Virus record (IMG/VR): IMGVR_UViG_3300037761_000410
Location: 1-60,382 of that record
DNA: 60,382 bases
DNA from: a virus
Lineage: Duplodnaviria; Caudoviricetes
Direction: 5' to 3' (one strand)
Both the position numbers and the translations under genes were made by a program. The notes under the pieces are model-generated. The model saw only the letters and a program-made list of their open reading frames with translations, made no database searches and had not been told where the DNA came from. Within the stretch, counting starts at the first letter, position 1. Every line of letters begins with the position of its first letter. This document shows, piece after piece, positions 17,175 through 26,851 of the stretch.

Positions 17175-17764
17175 AGTACTGGTACGACACGGAGTTCCTG
17201 GAAGATGGTCGCACGATCGACCTGATCTCGATCGGTATCGTGGCCGAGGATGGCCGTGAATATTATGCGGTCAGCGAGGAGATCGAGGCTGGGCTCGCTC
17301 TTGATAGAGAGAGTCTCGGTTATCGGATCCGTCATAACAGATGGCTCATGGAGAACGTGATTCCCCATCTCCCCCTGCGGACCGAAAATGGAATCACCAA
17401 ACCGTGCCAGGGGAGTAACGAACCACCTAACTTCTGGCTGGACATGGATAACCTGTCCGTCCTGCCCCGGCGCCTGATCAGATCCGGTGTACGCCAGTTC
17501 CTTCTGCCCGGCGCACCGGACTCGGATCCAGAACTGTGGGCATGGTACGGCGCCTATGACCATGTGGCGCTCTGCCAGCTGTTCGGTTCGATGATCAATC
17601 TACCCAAAGGTCTTCCGATGTGGACCAACGACTTCAAGCAGACAGTTCACCAGGCTGGCAACCCGCGGATCGCGAAGCAGGAGTCAGGACTGCACAACGC
17701 CCTGGAAGACGCTCGCTGGCTACGCGACGCCTGGCTAGCATTTCAGGGACGCGGGCCGCTGTGA
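17171..17764 (+). CDS. DEDD 3'-5' exoribonuclease, Rv2179c/RNase AS-like
   Basis: YDTEFLEDGRTIDLISIG, WAWYGAYDHV, HNALEDARW. Confidence 0.85.
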   Translation: MKYWYDTEFLEDGRTIDLISIGIVAEDGREYYAVSEEIEAGLALDRESLGYRIRHNRWLMENVIPHLPLRTENGITKPCQGSNEPPNFWLDMDNLSVLPRRLIRSGVRQFLLPGAPDSDPELWAWYGAYDHVALCQLFGSMINLPKGLPMWTNDFKQTVHQAGNPRIAKQESGLHNALEDARWLRDAWLAFQGRGPL

Positions 17765-18399
17765 AGGCCGTGCTCTACTCCGCGCTCTACGGGAACTACG
17801 AAGCCCCGAAGCCGTTGCCGGACCTCGGCATACCGGCGATCATGTACACCGACGACCCGGACCTGGTGGCGCCCGGCTGGGAAGTGCGTCACGTTCCGCT
17901 GGACGTCGACACCCCGATGATGCGGGCGAAATACTGGAAATGCTTCCCCCGCCTCGCCGCCTTCGGGGCTGACATCTCCCTCTGGGTCGACGCCTCCATG
18001 ACGATCCTGGTCGACGACTACGTCCAGCGATGCCTGGACGCGCTCGGGGACGACGACTGGGTGATGGTCAAGCATCCGGGCCGGCCCTGCGTCTACGACG
18101 AGGCGGACGTCTCGGCCACGATGGTCCACAAGTACGACCCGGCCGAGCTGAAGGCCCAGGTCGAGTACTACCGGTCCATCGGCCACCCGGCGAAGTGGGG
18201 CCTGTTCGCCAACGGGGCCAACGTACGCCGGCACACCGCCGCGGTGGCCCAGGTGTGCGAGCAGTGGTGGTGGGAGTGCACGACCCGGTCCTGCCAGGAC
18301 CAGGTGTCGCTGCCGGTGCTGGTGCGCCTGGCCGGGGACAGGTTGAGGTGGAACACGAACATGCCGTGGGGCGAGTGGTGGTCAGTCGGATGGCACTGA
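17761..18399 (+). CDS. Glycosyltransferase-like (DUF616/TOD1-type)
   Basis: YSALYGNYE, SLWVDAS, HP.R.CVYDE, DQVSLP. Confidence 0.75.
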   Translation: MKAVLYSALYGNYEAPKPLPDLGIPAIMYTDDPDLVAPGWEVRHVPLDVDTPMMRAKYWKCFPRLAAFGADISLWVDASMTILVDDYVQRCLDALGDDDWVMVKHPGRPCVYDEADVSATMVHKYDPAELKAQVEYYRSIGHPAKWGLFANGANVRRHTAAVAQVCEQWWWECTTRSCQDQVSLPVLVRLAGDRLRWNTNMPWGEWWSVGWH

Positions 18400-18669
18400 G
18401 GGCCTGGTTTTCAATGCGTCCAAGATCGCATTGATGCCCCATGCGAGCATTGAGAGTACTTCTGCATCGTCGCGATGACGGGGATAGAGATGAGCGGTAC
18501 CAGATGCAGTGCTCATACAGACTGAACATAGCCAGGCCCACTCTTTCTCGTTATCCGGAGTAAACGGACCATGGCCGAGCGTACGCGCATAGGCGTCCAT
18601 CTCTGTCAGGTTGTCAGTTACCCAAGAACACGCATCGCATTCATCTGGCTTAAATCCATGGCCACTCAC
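18382..18669 (-). CDS. Hypothetical Zn-binding protein
   Basis: CDAC...CSVC; lower GC. Confidence 0.5.
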   Translation of the reverse strand: MSGHGFKPDECDACSWVTDNLTEMDAYARTLGHGPFTPDNEKEWAWLCSVCMSTASGTAHLYPRHRDDAEVLSMLAWGINAILDALKTRPSVPSD

Positions 18670-19304
18670 TTGATCTTCACCCATTCCAGGACTTCGGCTG
18701 GCTGGTCGGCATGCTCACGGCTCAGCACGCTGTCCGGCACCTCCAGGTCCATGAAGGCGGCCACGATCTCGTCGTAGTACTGGTCGAAGGTCAGGCAGTC
18801 CCGGCGCAGGCCCCGTACCAGCAGCAGGCCGGCCGGCGTCACGTCCACCAGGCGCAGCTCCAGGAACGGGCGGTACTCGACCAGGATGGGCCACAGTTTC
18901 CAGGCGTCGCCGGACCAGTCGCCCTGGCACGGCTCGCGGGCTGCCATGGCGTGACTGTAGGGCAGCACGTCGTCGAGCACCACCAGGGTGGTGTCGGTGG
19001 CGCTGTAACGCTCCACGTTCATCAGGTCCCGCAGGACCTGCTCGAAGCGGTGATCACCGTCGATGAAGACCAGGTCTTCGACCGGGGTGGTGGGGCCGTG
19101 GTCGGTGAAGTAGTTGTCGCTGGTCTGCCGTTTCAGGGTGACGTGGGGGCCGAGCGGGGTCTTGACGTCGTAGGCCGGGTCGATCCCGATGGACGGGCAG
19201 CTGGCCAGCTGGAGGCTGGCCCCGGTCTGCACCCCGATCTCCAGGTAGTGCTGGGGGTGGAGCAGTCGGTGCAGCTCGGCCAGGAACTCATGCCTCGTCA
19301 TCAT
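18666..19304 (-). CDS. SAM-dependent methyltransferase (Methyltransf_24-like)
   Basis: YLEIGVQTGAS, FIDGDH, VLDD. Confidence 0.85.
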   Translation of the reverse strand: MMTRHEFLAELHRLLHPQHYLEIGVQTGASLQLASCPSIGIDPAYDVKTPLGPHVTLKRQTSDNYFTDHGPTTPVEDLVFIDGDHRFEQVLRDLMNVERYSATDTTLVVLDDVLPYSHAMAAREPCQGDWSGDAWKLWPILVEYRPFLELRLVDVTPAGLLLVRGLRRDCLTFDQYYDEIVAAFMDLEVPDSVLSREHADQPAEVLEWVKIK

Positions 19305-19665
19305 AGAGATCTCCAGTCATGGTGATCAGCGTAGGAGGTTTCTGAACTCCCGTGACCTGGTAGAACATGAGATCAAAGTCATCGATCGCGTACTCTGTGC
19401 CGGAGAGGTTTCTCCCCCGGACGACTGATCGCAGGTCGACAGCACTCCAGATTGCCTTACGCAGATCCCAAAGGGCTCTAGAATCCGGTTGACCCTCAGT
19501 GCGTCGTCTCACTTCATTGGTGATCCGCAACACCCGATCATGGGTCGGGCAGACGACAGCGCGTGACCATCCCGGATATTCCGGGATAGGGTTCCCGGCG
19601 AGCAGCCAGTCGATCACCTTGGTCGTCTTGGCGGTATGACGATCCCCTAGGATTACGCTCACCAT
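19288..19665 (-). CDS. Hypothetical protein (degenerate P-loop-like)
   Basis: G.RHTAKTT...IDD; coupled in operon. Confidence 0.5.
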   Translation of the reverse strand: MVSVILGDRHTAKTTKVIDWLLAGNPIPEYPGWSRAVVCPTHDRVLRITNEVRRRTEGQPDSRALWDLRKAIWSAVDLRSVVRGRNLSGTEYAIDDFDLMFYQVTGVQKPPTLITMTGDLYDDEA

Positions 19666-20318
19666 GGACGTTCCCCCCAGTAAGCTTTGAATGTCTCGGC
19701 GTCCCGGTTGGCCTGCTCCTGAAGCTCAGGGGTCATCTGGCCGTTGGGGAACTGGTTGACCACCGGGAACCCGGGGATCATCAACGTGCCGCCCAGCTGC
19801 CGGCTGACCCAGTCCAGATGGTCATCGCCGAACCACCACTCCAGCGCCTCGTTGGCCCGTACCCCCTTCTCTCCGGCCAGGACGAACGCCCAGCCCTGCA
19901 TCCGGGTCCGCAGGTCCACCGGCTCCGCCCTGGTATGCAGAATCTCTCGCCACTGCGGGGAGCCCGAGCAGCCGGCCGCCGCGCCGGCCTCCCGCATCCG
20001 GGTGGTGACCGCCTCCATCCAGCCGGGCGGGACGATCGCGTCGTCGTTGACGATGGCCACGTTCCACTGGCCCGAGTCATTCGCCATCATCGCCGCGAGG
20101 CCCAGGCCGATGTTCCAGAACTTCGACAGGTTGGGCGGCAGTCCCTCCCGGTCGAGCAGGACGAGTAGACAGTTGTCGGGAAGGTCGTCGGAGGTGAGCC
20201 GCCCCTCGGTCCCGTTGTCGATGATGTGGACCACGTCAACCTGGTCCTTGATCGACTCGACCGCCTGGAGGCAGACCTCGGGACGGTTGGCCGTCGGGAT
20301 CACCGCATAGTTACGCAT
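19659..20318 (-). CDS. Glycosyltransferase family 2
   Basis: VIPTANRPE, IIDNG, WNIG, IVNDD, WWFGDD. Confidence 0.85.
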   Translation of the reverse strand: MRNYAVIPTANRPEVCLQAVESIKDQVDVVHIIDNGTEGRLTSDDLPDNCLLVLLDREGLPPNLSKFWNIGLGLAAMMANDSGQWNVAIVNDDAIVPPGWMEAVTTRMREAGAAAGCSGSPQWREILHTRAEPVDLRTRMQGWAFVLAGEKGVRANEALEWWFGDDHLDWVSRQLGGTLMIPGFPVVNQFPNGQMTPELQEQANRDAETFKAYWGERPW

Positions 20319-20679
20319 TGACCTTGATCCTCTTTCGTTCGTTGCCGGCGGTCCGGCGGCAGCCCTCGTCGCAGTACCGCATGCTCGACAGCCGGGGTGT
20401 CGGCAGGATCTCACCACACCAGACGCACGCCCCCGGGGTGAAGATCCGGCCCCGACTGCGCAGCGGCCAGCGCAGGCCGGCCATGACCACTCCGGTGGCC
20501 TTCTCGGCCTCGGCGGCCAGGTAGCACTCGTGCAGCACCGGGCACGGCAGGCGACAGATGGCTATCGCTTTCTCGTTGTCCGCGTAGTCCTGGGGGGACG
20601 GTTGGGGCTGAAGGTCCCACATGCGGGGGCTGCGTCCATATCTGGACGCGCAGTAGCCCCGGTCGCGCCAGTCGGCCAT
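20311..20679 (-). CDS. whiB: WhiB-family Fe-S transcription factor with C-terminal Zn finger
   Basis: DWR..C...A.AIC..CPV..EC...GVVMAG; then CVWC...YC..GC. Confidence 0.8.
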   Translation of the reverse strand: MADWRDRGYCASRYGRSPRMWDLQPQPSPQDYADNEKAIAICRLPCPVLHECYLAAEAEKATGVVMAGLRWPLRSRGRIFTPGACVWCGEILPTPRLSSMRYCDEGCRRTAGNERKRIKVNA

Positions 20680-20682
20680 GGC

Positions 20683-20880
20683 TCAGTCCTGTCGGGTCTT
20701 TGAATAGATCCGATCCTGCTCATACCTATCCATGGCTTCATTCTGGAGGTCCTGGATGGTCTGCTTGAGCCCCAGGTTCTCCTGCTTCAGGTCATGGATC
20801 TCCTGGATCATTCGGTCCATCTGGCGCTCCATGCCGCGGATGGCCCGCTCATATCCTTCGTCGTACTCGCCGATGATCAC
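20683..20880 (-). CDS. Small coiled-coil protein
   Basis: GTGA-coupled, heptad pattern. Confidence 0.55.
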   Translation of the reverse strand: MIIGEYDEGYERAIRGMERQMDRMIQEIHDLKQENLGLKQTIQDLQNEAMDRYEQDRIYSKTRQD

Positions 20881-21944
20881 TTGCCCACTCCTCGCTGGAT
20901 GTCGTAGGCCCGCTGCCACGCCTGCGCCCAACGCCAGGCGTTGGCCTGGTACGTCTGGGTCCGCATGTAGCACCTCCCGGCCTCGGCCTGCTCCTTGCGC
21001 AGCGCCTCGTCGGTCAGCAACCGCCTGACCGCCTGAGCCCACTGCTTCGGGGTGTCCGCCAGCTGGCCGCAGCCGGACTCCCGATGAAGCTTACGATACT
21101 CCTCCCTGGGGGAAGAAATCCAGGGGACGCCGACAGCCATCATCTCGATCCCCTTGAGCCGGGACTTCGACCGGTTGAACGCGGTCGAGGACAACGGCAC
21201 CAGGCCCGCCCCCAGCTCGGTGGCGATACTGGCGGCCCAGTCGACCAGCTTCACCATGCCGGTGGCCGGCGGGTCCTCGGCCAGCCGCAGGATGGCCCGC
21301 ACGCCTGCCCCGTCGCCCACCACCCGGAACTCGTGCCCCTGGCCCACCAGGTCGCGCACCGCGGTCCCCAGCACCTGCAGGTCGTCCGGGTGGCTCTTGG
21401 TGGTCCCGGCCCAACCGAACGTGCCGGGATCTTCACGGGGCAGGTCCAGGTACGCCTCCGGCACGTAGTTGTCGAGCACCTCCCCCCGGCCGTGCCGGGC
21501 ATAGACGCCCTGGAGCGCCCTGGTGGAGGTGGTGACCAGGGTGGCCACCTTGCACGATTCCAGGGCGTTGCGCCACGACAGGTTCGGGTCGTTGCGCCCC
21601 GAGTAGGCGAAGTAGGCCAGGTTGCCCGTGTGGATCGAGGACATGTCGTCGTCCATGTCGACCACGACCGCGATCCCGTTGGCCCGCATCAGCTCGATCA
21701 TCTGGGGTTGGAGCTTGTGCGCCGGCCGCTGGAGCACGATCACTTCGGCGTCGTGCGGGATGTGGACGCTGGTCAGGACCTCGGTGCCGTCGACCCGGGT
21801 GCCGACGGAGGCCAGGAACCCTGACTTCGCCTTTGGCGGGAGGACGGTGACGTCGAAGCCCTGCTGGCGCAGCACGTCAGAAGGCCAGGCCATTCGATAA
21901 TGTCCACATCCAAATGTGTCAGCAGGTAGGACGTACACCTTCAT
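20877..21944 (-). CDS. GT-B fold glycosyltransferase (GT4-like)
   Basis: GCGHYR, DMDDD, GWAG...H..DL, FNRSKSRLK..E. Confidence 0.85.
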   Translation of the reverse strand: MKVYVLPADTFGCGHYRMAWPSDVLRQQGFDVTVLPPKAKSGFLASVGTRVDGTEVLTSVHIPHDAEVIVLQRPAHKLQPQMIELMRANGIAVVVDMDDDMSSIHTGNLAYFAYSGRNDPNLSWRNALESCKVATLVTTSTRALQGVYARHGRGEVLDNYVPEAYLDLPREDPGTFGWAGTTKSHPDDLQVLGTAVRDLVGQGHEFRVVGDGAGVRAILRLAEDPPATGMVKLVDWAASIATELGAGLVPLSSTAFNRSKSRLKGIEMMAVGVPWISSPREEYRKLHRESGCGQLADTPKQWAQAVRRLLTDEALRKEQAEAGRCYMRTQTYQANAWRWAQAWQRAYDIQRGVGK

Positions 21945-21958
21945 GTCGCGGGTCTCCT

Positions 21959-22660
21959 CTATTCATAGACCTGGACCCGTAGTGTCGTGTGTGGAGTATT
22001 CGCTACCTGCGTGCCGGCGGCGACAGACCGTCGCACCCGAGAGTCCAACGTGTGCGAGCCGGCAGTCAAGGTTCCCTCCCACTGCTGGGCCACCGTGGTC
22101 CGGTCGGTGGCAGCGATCACCTGGAACAGCGCCTGACTACTGGAAGAGTGCACCACGCCGTCCACGAACAGCTCACCGATACATACAGTGGCGCCGGTCG
22201 TGGTCTCATCGAAATCGAACATCCCGGTGGCCATGTAGCGGGCCGAGTTCGCCACGACGAACGTGTGGGTCACCCCGGCCACCGCGGCGGCCACCGCGTC
22301 CAGGGCCTGCGGGGCGGTGGCCACCGCGATCGAGTCGTAGACCAGCCGGCCCGGGACATACCCGGTCAGGGCGTGCCCGGCGACGAAGTTCCCGCCCGGG
22401 GGCACCTGGATCCCCATCACCCGGGCGCCCACCACCAGCAGGGTGCCGAGCAGGTTGACCGCATTCACGGCCACCGTGTCCCCGTCGTAGAGGATCGTGA
22501 CGCCGGACGAGCCCGCGGTCACAGTGGCCACGGTGGCCGGACGCAGCTGCCAGGTCAGGCCGAGACGCTGCGCCTCGTCCACGACCGTCGCGACACCCAC
22601 CCCGATCAGGGCCGGTGCCGCGACCACCTCCAGCTCGGAGCTGGGAGCGGGGCTGGTCAT
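21959..22660 (-). CDS. Minor tail protein
   Basis: Last gene of tail operon; RPATV...V.YDGD. Confidence 0.65.
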   Translation of the reverse strand: MTSPAPSSELEVVAAPALIGVGVATVVDEAQRLGLTWQLRPATVATVTAGSSGVTILYDGDTVAVNAVNLLGTLLVVGARVMGIQVPPGGNFVAGHALTGYVPGRLVYDSIAVATAPQALDAVAAAVAGVTHTFVVANSARYMATGMFDFDETTTGATVCIGELFVDGVVHSSSSQALFQVIAATDRTTVAQQWEGTLTAGSHTLDSRVRRSVAAGTQVANTPHTTLRVQVYE

Positions 22661-23733
22661 GTGTACGCCTTGCGCAGCAGGTGGTTCATCTGGCCGCCTT
22701 CCATCAGGGCCATCGACCAGGCCAGCTCCAGCCAGAGTTCGCCCTGCCAACGGACGACGTTGTATGAGTCGTGCCGCGGGTCCGGCGGGGTGGACAGCGA
22801 CACCCGTTCGAACACGGTCTTACGGATCGCCAAGTTGGTCGCCACCGCTGTGGCCTGGAGGTTGTCGGTCACCTGGAGGTCGTTCACCGAGGTGACCACG
22901 AATCCTCGGTTAGCGATCGAGTGGGGGGCGGTGGCCAGCACGTCCGCCGTACCGACCACCGGTAGCGAGGGGTCGGTGGCCGCGTTGGAGATGACCACGA
23001 ACCGGTTCGGCGCGGTCAGCAGGTCGTCGGTCTCGATGATGCCGTTGCGATACACCTGGGCGCCGGTGTCGAAGTCGAAGTCGGGCACCCGCTTGGCCGG
23101 GTCGAAGGCCCTGATGAAATGCAGGTGCCGGTCGTTGCCCACCCAGGGCGAAAAGTAGTCCCCGGTCAGGGCCAGCGACTCCAGCACCTGTCCTCGGTAC
23201 ATCCCGGCCCGGAACGCCTCGGCGGAGACGTAGGGGCTGGACTCCAGGGTGTACCCGAGCCCGCTGCCGGAGTCGGCCATGACCTGGCGGATGAGCGTCT
23301 CGACCGGCTTGCCGTCGTTGGCCAGGCCGCGTTCGAGCGCCTGATCGACAATGAACATCTCGTCGACCAGGGCCGGGTCGCTGAGTCGGCCGCTGGTCCA
23401 TAGCTGGCGGCTGTTGTCAACGAACATGTAGCGCCCGAGCGGATGCTCGTGTGGCTCCTCCTGATTAAAGACCATATATACGTCGATACGGTCCCGGACC
23501 GGGTTCACCGCGGCGGTGTCCGCCGCGCCGAGGCTCAGCTGGAGCGAGCGTTTGATCGTTCGGGTGGTGTCGTGAGTGAGGCTCGCTCCCCGGGTGGGAT
23601 GTAGCTCGCCCAGGAACTGCCCGGTGGTCCCGTCGACCAGCTCGAACCGGAAGGTGGCCGAGCGCTGGCCCACCCAGGGCGAGAAGGTGTGGTGCGCCTC
23701 GCCCGTGATGTTGGTCAGCGCGCCCCGGGTCAC
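22657..23733 (-). CDS. Minor tail (hub/baseplate-like) protein
   Basis: Synteny; PNRFVV, TPPDPRHD. Confidence 0.7.
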   Translation of the reverse strand: MTRGALTNITGEAHHTFSPWVGQRSATFRFELVDGTTGQFLGELHPTRGASLTHDTTRTIKRSLQLSLGAADTAAVNPVRDRIDVYMVFNQEEPHEHPLGRYMFVDNSRQLWTSGRLSDPALVDEMFIVDQALERGLANDGKPVETLIRQVMADSGSGLGYTLESSPYVSAEAFRAGMYRGQVLESLALTGDYFSPWVGNDRHLHFIRAFDPAKRVPDFDFDTGAQVYRNGIIETDDLLTAPNRFVVISNAATDPSLPVVGTADVLATAPHSIANRGFVVTSVNDLQVTDNLQATAVATNLAIRKTVFERVSLSTPPDPRHDSYNVVRWQGELWLELAWSMALMEGGQMNHLLRKAYT

Positions 23734-26700
23734 GGGTCCACCGGGCTCGGGGTCGCGGTCACCTCAAGGATGTCGACCGTGGCCAGGTACAGCCGGCGGT
23801 CGTTGAGCACCCGGCCAGTGGGCACCACCACGGTGGCCAGCCAGCGGTTGCCGTCCTCGTCCCGCACGCAGATGTAGGGCACGGCGTCCCAGGCCATGTC
23901 CCGCAGCCCCCGGAAGTCCGCCAGCGTCTCCGGGGAGATCGCGGCGGCCTGGACCAGCACGGTGCGCTGGAAGTGCTCGCCGCCGCGTTCCAGCGGCCGG
24001 AAGGCGACAAAGAAGTCGCGGTTGTACTGGGCCTGGAGGGTGACCATCTGGGCCTCGGGGAAAGCGAACGCCTCCTCCACCCGGCCTTCCCAGGCAGAGG
24101 CGTAGGCCAGGTTGATGGAGCCGTCCTGGCGCTCGTTGGAAGTGAACAGCAGCACGTGACCCTGGTCGATGCAGCCGCCGCTGGCGCCGGGGGTGGCAAG
24201 ACTGATCGACACCTCGCCCGACCACGGCCCCTCGAAACCGTGCACGTCGACCCCGCGGACACGGTACGAGGAGGTGATGCCGACCCGGGCCTCATAGTCG
24301 CTGAAGCCGGTGGTGGCGACCGAGGTGGCCTTCATGATCGTGGCCCAGTCGGTCTCCACCGTGTCGGAGCGTTGAAGCTCGTAGTAGCCGAAGGCGAAGT
24401 CGGGCGGCCCGACCACCAGGTTGTCGAAGGTGAAAGTGGTGCTGGCCACCGTGGTGTCGTCACGGGCGTAGATCCCGGCGTTGTTGCCGGTGGTCAGTGA
24501 CGAGTCGGTGGCGTAGAGCTGCCACCACGGCTCGGCGGTGTCGGTGTCCCACAGCTTGGCCCGGACCTGGGTGCCCACCACCTGGAGGCGCACGGTGCGG
24601 GGGGTGTACGCCGAGGGGGCCAGGTTGACCAGGGTGACTGTGGCCAGGTTGGTCTCCACCCCGGCCACCAGCTTGTCCATCCGAAGCTCCACAGTGGACG
24701 TCGAGGTGTAGCGCATGGTGGCGCGGTAGTAGTTGCTGGCGTCGGTCAGCCGGGCCACCACCCCGCCCCACAGCTGGTTCGTCTCGGCCGTGTCGCTGAT
24801 CTTCAGCTCGACCGCGACGTCCTGGTCCGGCCCGCCCACGTCGACCCAGGCCTCACGGTTGGAGCCGGTGGCAGTGGGGACGACCAGGCCGGCGCTGCCG
24901 TCGACGCTGAAGTCGCCCGCGGTGCCGTTGAGGGTGTACGCCTGGCCCGAGCTGGTGTTGCCCCAGTTGCCGGCCGCCTCGGTGCGGGTGAAGGTGTCCC
25001 CGGCCACCCCGGTGCCGTCGGGCAGCGGCCAGGTGATGCGGTGGTAGAGGATCGCGGTCGGGACGCAGCACGGGTCGAGGTCGCACTTGAGGCCAATGCC
25101 GGTCAGGTCCTGGGTGGCGGCGGCCACGGACAGCCCGGTAATGGTGGCCGGGTCCTGGGCGAACAGCAGCACCGCGTCGGAAGTCTGGTCGTCGGCGGTG
25201 GCGGTGATCGGTGGGGCGTACTGCGGGATCCAGCCCAGGTTGATGGTGTCGCCGGCGCTGGGCGCCCCGTAGGTCGCCAGAGACAGCTGGTTGGGGCTGG
25301 GCACCAGGTTGAACAGGTTGCCGGCGATGCCGGAGATGGCGGGCGCGCTGGCGCCCAGGATCTCCCAGCGGTTGCCGGCCAGCTCTCCGGTGGCCGACCA
25401 GCGCCACTGTGGGTTGGTCCCGGCCCCCATGGTGGGCGGGGTGTCGAACCGGAGGGTGATCTCCCGCCAGCCGTCGATGATCTCGTCGAGGGCGTCGAAG
25501 TCTTCTGGGGTGATCTGCACCGACGAGCCGGCGATGGTGGGGGAGTCGAACAGCAACGGGACGGTGGTCTCGCCCCACCGGCGGGCGTACCACCGCACCT
25601 GGGGCCAGGTGGTCGCGGCCAGCGCGGCCGAGTCGAGGATCTCCTGGGTGGCGGTGACCGAGCCGTAGACCTGGGCGACGGCCTGACGGCCGTAGACGTG
25701 CATCTCGGTGAGCGGCCCGCCGGAGGTGTGCAGGGTCAGCTGGGGCAGGATCCGGGTCTCGGTACGGATGAAGGTTTCGCTGAGGTGGTCCTCGGGCGGG
25801 TATTTGAGGTCCACCTGGATGCCGGCGTGGGTGGGGAGCGGGTACAGCTCCCGGCAGGCGTTGTAGTCGACGTCGCAAGCATCGGAGGCGGTAGCTACGT
25901 ACCGACCGGCAGGAAGTACCGGGTTGATAGCGCGGGCACCTATATCACGCATAGTGACGATATTCGCGCCATATCGGACACTGTCCGAAGCTCCCCCGGC
26001 AGCTAGGGCCGGGACGAGCATGCCGACTGCGGTCCGTCTCTCTTCACAGAAGAGAACCTCCAGCGCGGCATAGTAAAGGTAAAATGCCTGCCCGTCCACG
26101 ATGCCAGCTAGAAGGCCCCATCTCACCTCGGTAAAGATCCGATTGGATGAAGAAGCGTCGAACCGGCCGAGATCGGCGTACGTCCAGGGCATGAAATCGT
26201 TAGTGATCGGACTCTGCCAGAAGTAGAGATACTGACCGAGCGAGAATCGTTTGATCGGTACTTCCGGCGCCCCGACAGGCGGATCCAGGTTTCCGACTCC
26301 GGCAATGGTGTCGAGCCCGGTAGGGATGGTCACTACGCCGGCTACCGGGTTATTGGTGCCTGCATTAATTGAAGACAGGCTGCCGTAAAGAAGGTTTACT
26401 CCTAAGATTCGTTTGTTGGCCAGGTAGGTGTATGGGGAGACATTGAAAGAGAGCAGGAGGCGCTGATAGGCTACCGAGTCGCTGGCAAACAGGTAGTAGT
26501 CGGAGAACTCGGGAGTGAACAGGATCTCGGCCCCGCTGCGGGAGGAGGCTGGCAACGCGCCAGTGACCAGAACCTGATCGACCGGGATCACGAGTCGCTG
26601 GATCGGCCCCGAGAGCGCCTCCTGGCCGAGAGGATAGATCTGGACCGTGGTCGGGCCAATTTCGGGCGGCGACGGCATCTCGCGAACATAGAGCCGGCCA

Positions 26701-26846
26701 TCCTTGATGGCCCTGGACTGGGCCAGAGTGAATGAATGGCCGTACTCGGTCGCATTCCGACCAGGGCTGAAGACGATGTCCTCGTCCCGGATCGGTGGCC
26801 ACTCCTGGCCGAGGATCCGGGGAGCGTACGGATTGTATTCGCCCAT
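23730..26846 (-). CDS. Large minor tail protein with beta-sandwich/lectin-like insertion
   Basis: 1038 aa after tape measure; DTFTRT...WG domain. Confidence 0.7.
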   Translation of the reverse strand: MGEYNPYAPRILGQEWPPIRDEDIVFSPGRNATEYGHSFTLAQSRAIKDGRLYVREMPSPPEIGPTTVQIYPLGQEALSGPIQRLVIPVDQVLVTGALPASSRSGAEILFTPEFSDYYLFASDSVAYQRLLLSFNVSPYTYLANKRILGVNLLYGSLSSINAGTNNPVAGVVTIPTGLDTIAGVGNLDPPVGAPEVPIKRFSLGQYLYFWQSPITNDFMPWTYADLGRFDASSSNRIFTEVRWGLLAGIVDGQAFYLYYAALEVLFCEERRTAVGMLVPALAAGGASDSVRYGANIVTMRDIGARAINPVLPAGRYVATASDACDVDYNACRELYPLPTHAGIQVDLKYPPEDHLSETFIRTETRILPQLTLHTSGGPLTEMHVYGRQAVAQVYGSVTATQEILDSAALAATTWPQVRWYARRWGETTVPLLFDSPTIAGSSVQITPEDFDALDEIIDGWREITLRFDTPPTMGAGTNPQWRWSATGELAGNRWEILGASAPAISGIAGNLFNLVPSPNQLSLATYGAPSAGDTINLGWIPQYAPPITATADDQTSDAVLLFAQDPATITGLSVAAATQDLTGIGLKCDLDPCCVPTAILYHRITWPLPDGTGVAGDTFTRTEAAGNWGNTSSGQAYTLNGTAGDFSVDGSAGLVVPTATGSNREAWVDVGGPDQDVAVELKISDTAETNQLWGGVVARLTDASNYYRATMRYTSTSTVELRMDKLVAGVETNLATVTLVNLAPSAYTPRTVRLQVVGTQVRAKLWDTDTAEPWWQLYATDSSLTTGNNAGIYARDDTTVASTTFTFDNLVVGPPDFAFGYYELQRSDTVETDWATIMKATSVATTGFSDYEARVGITSSYRVRGVDVHGFEGPWSGEVSISLATPGASGGCIDQGHVLLFTSNERQDGSINLAYASAWEGRVEEAFAFPEAQMVTLQAQYNRDFFVAFRPLERGGEHFQRTVLVQAAAISPETLADFRGLRDMAWDAVPYICVRDEDGNRWLATVVVPTGRVLNDRRLYLATVDILEVTATPSPVDP

Positions 26847-26851
26847 CTAGG

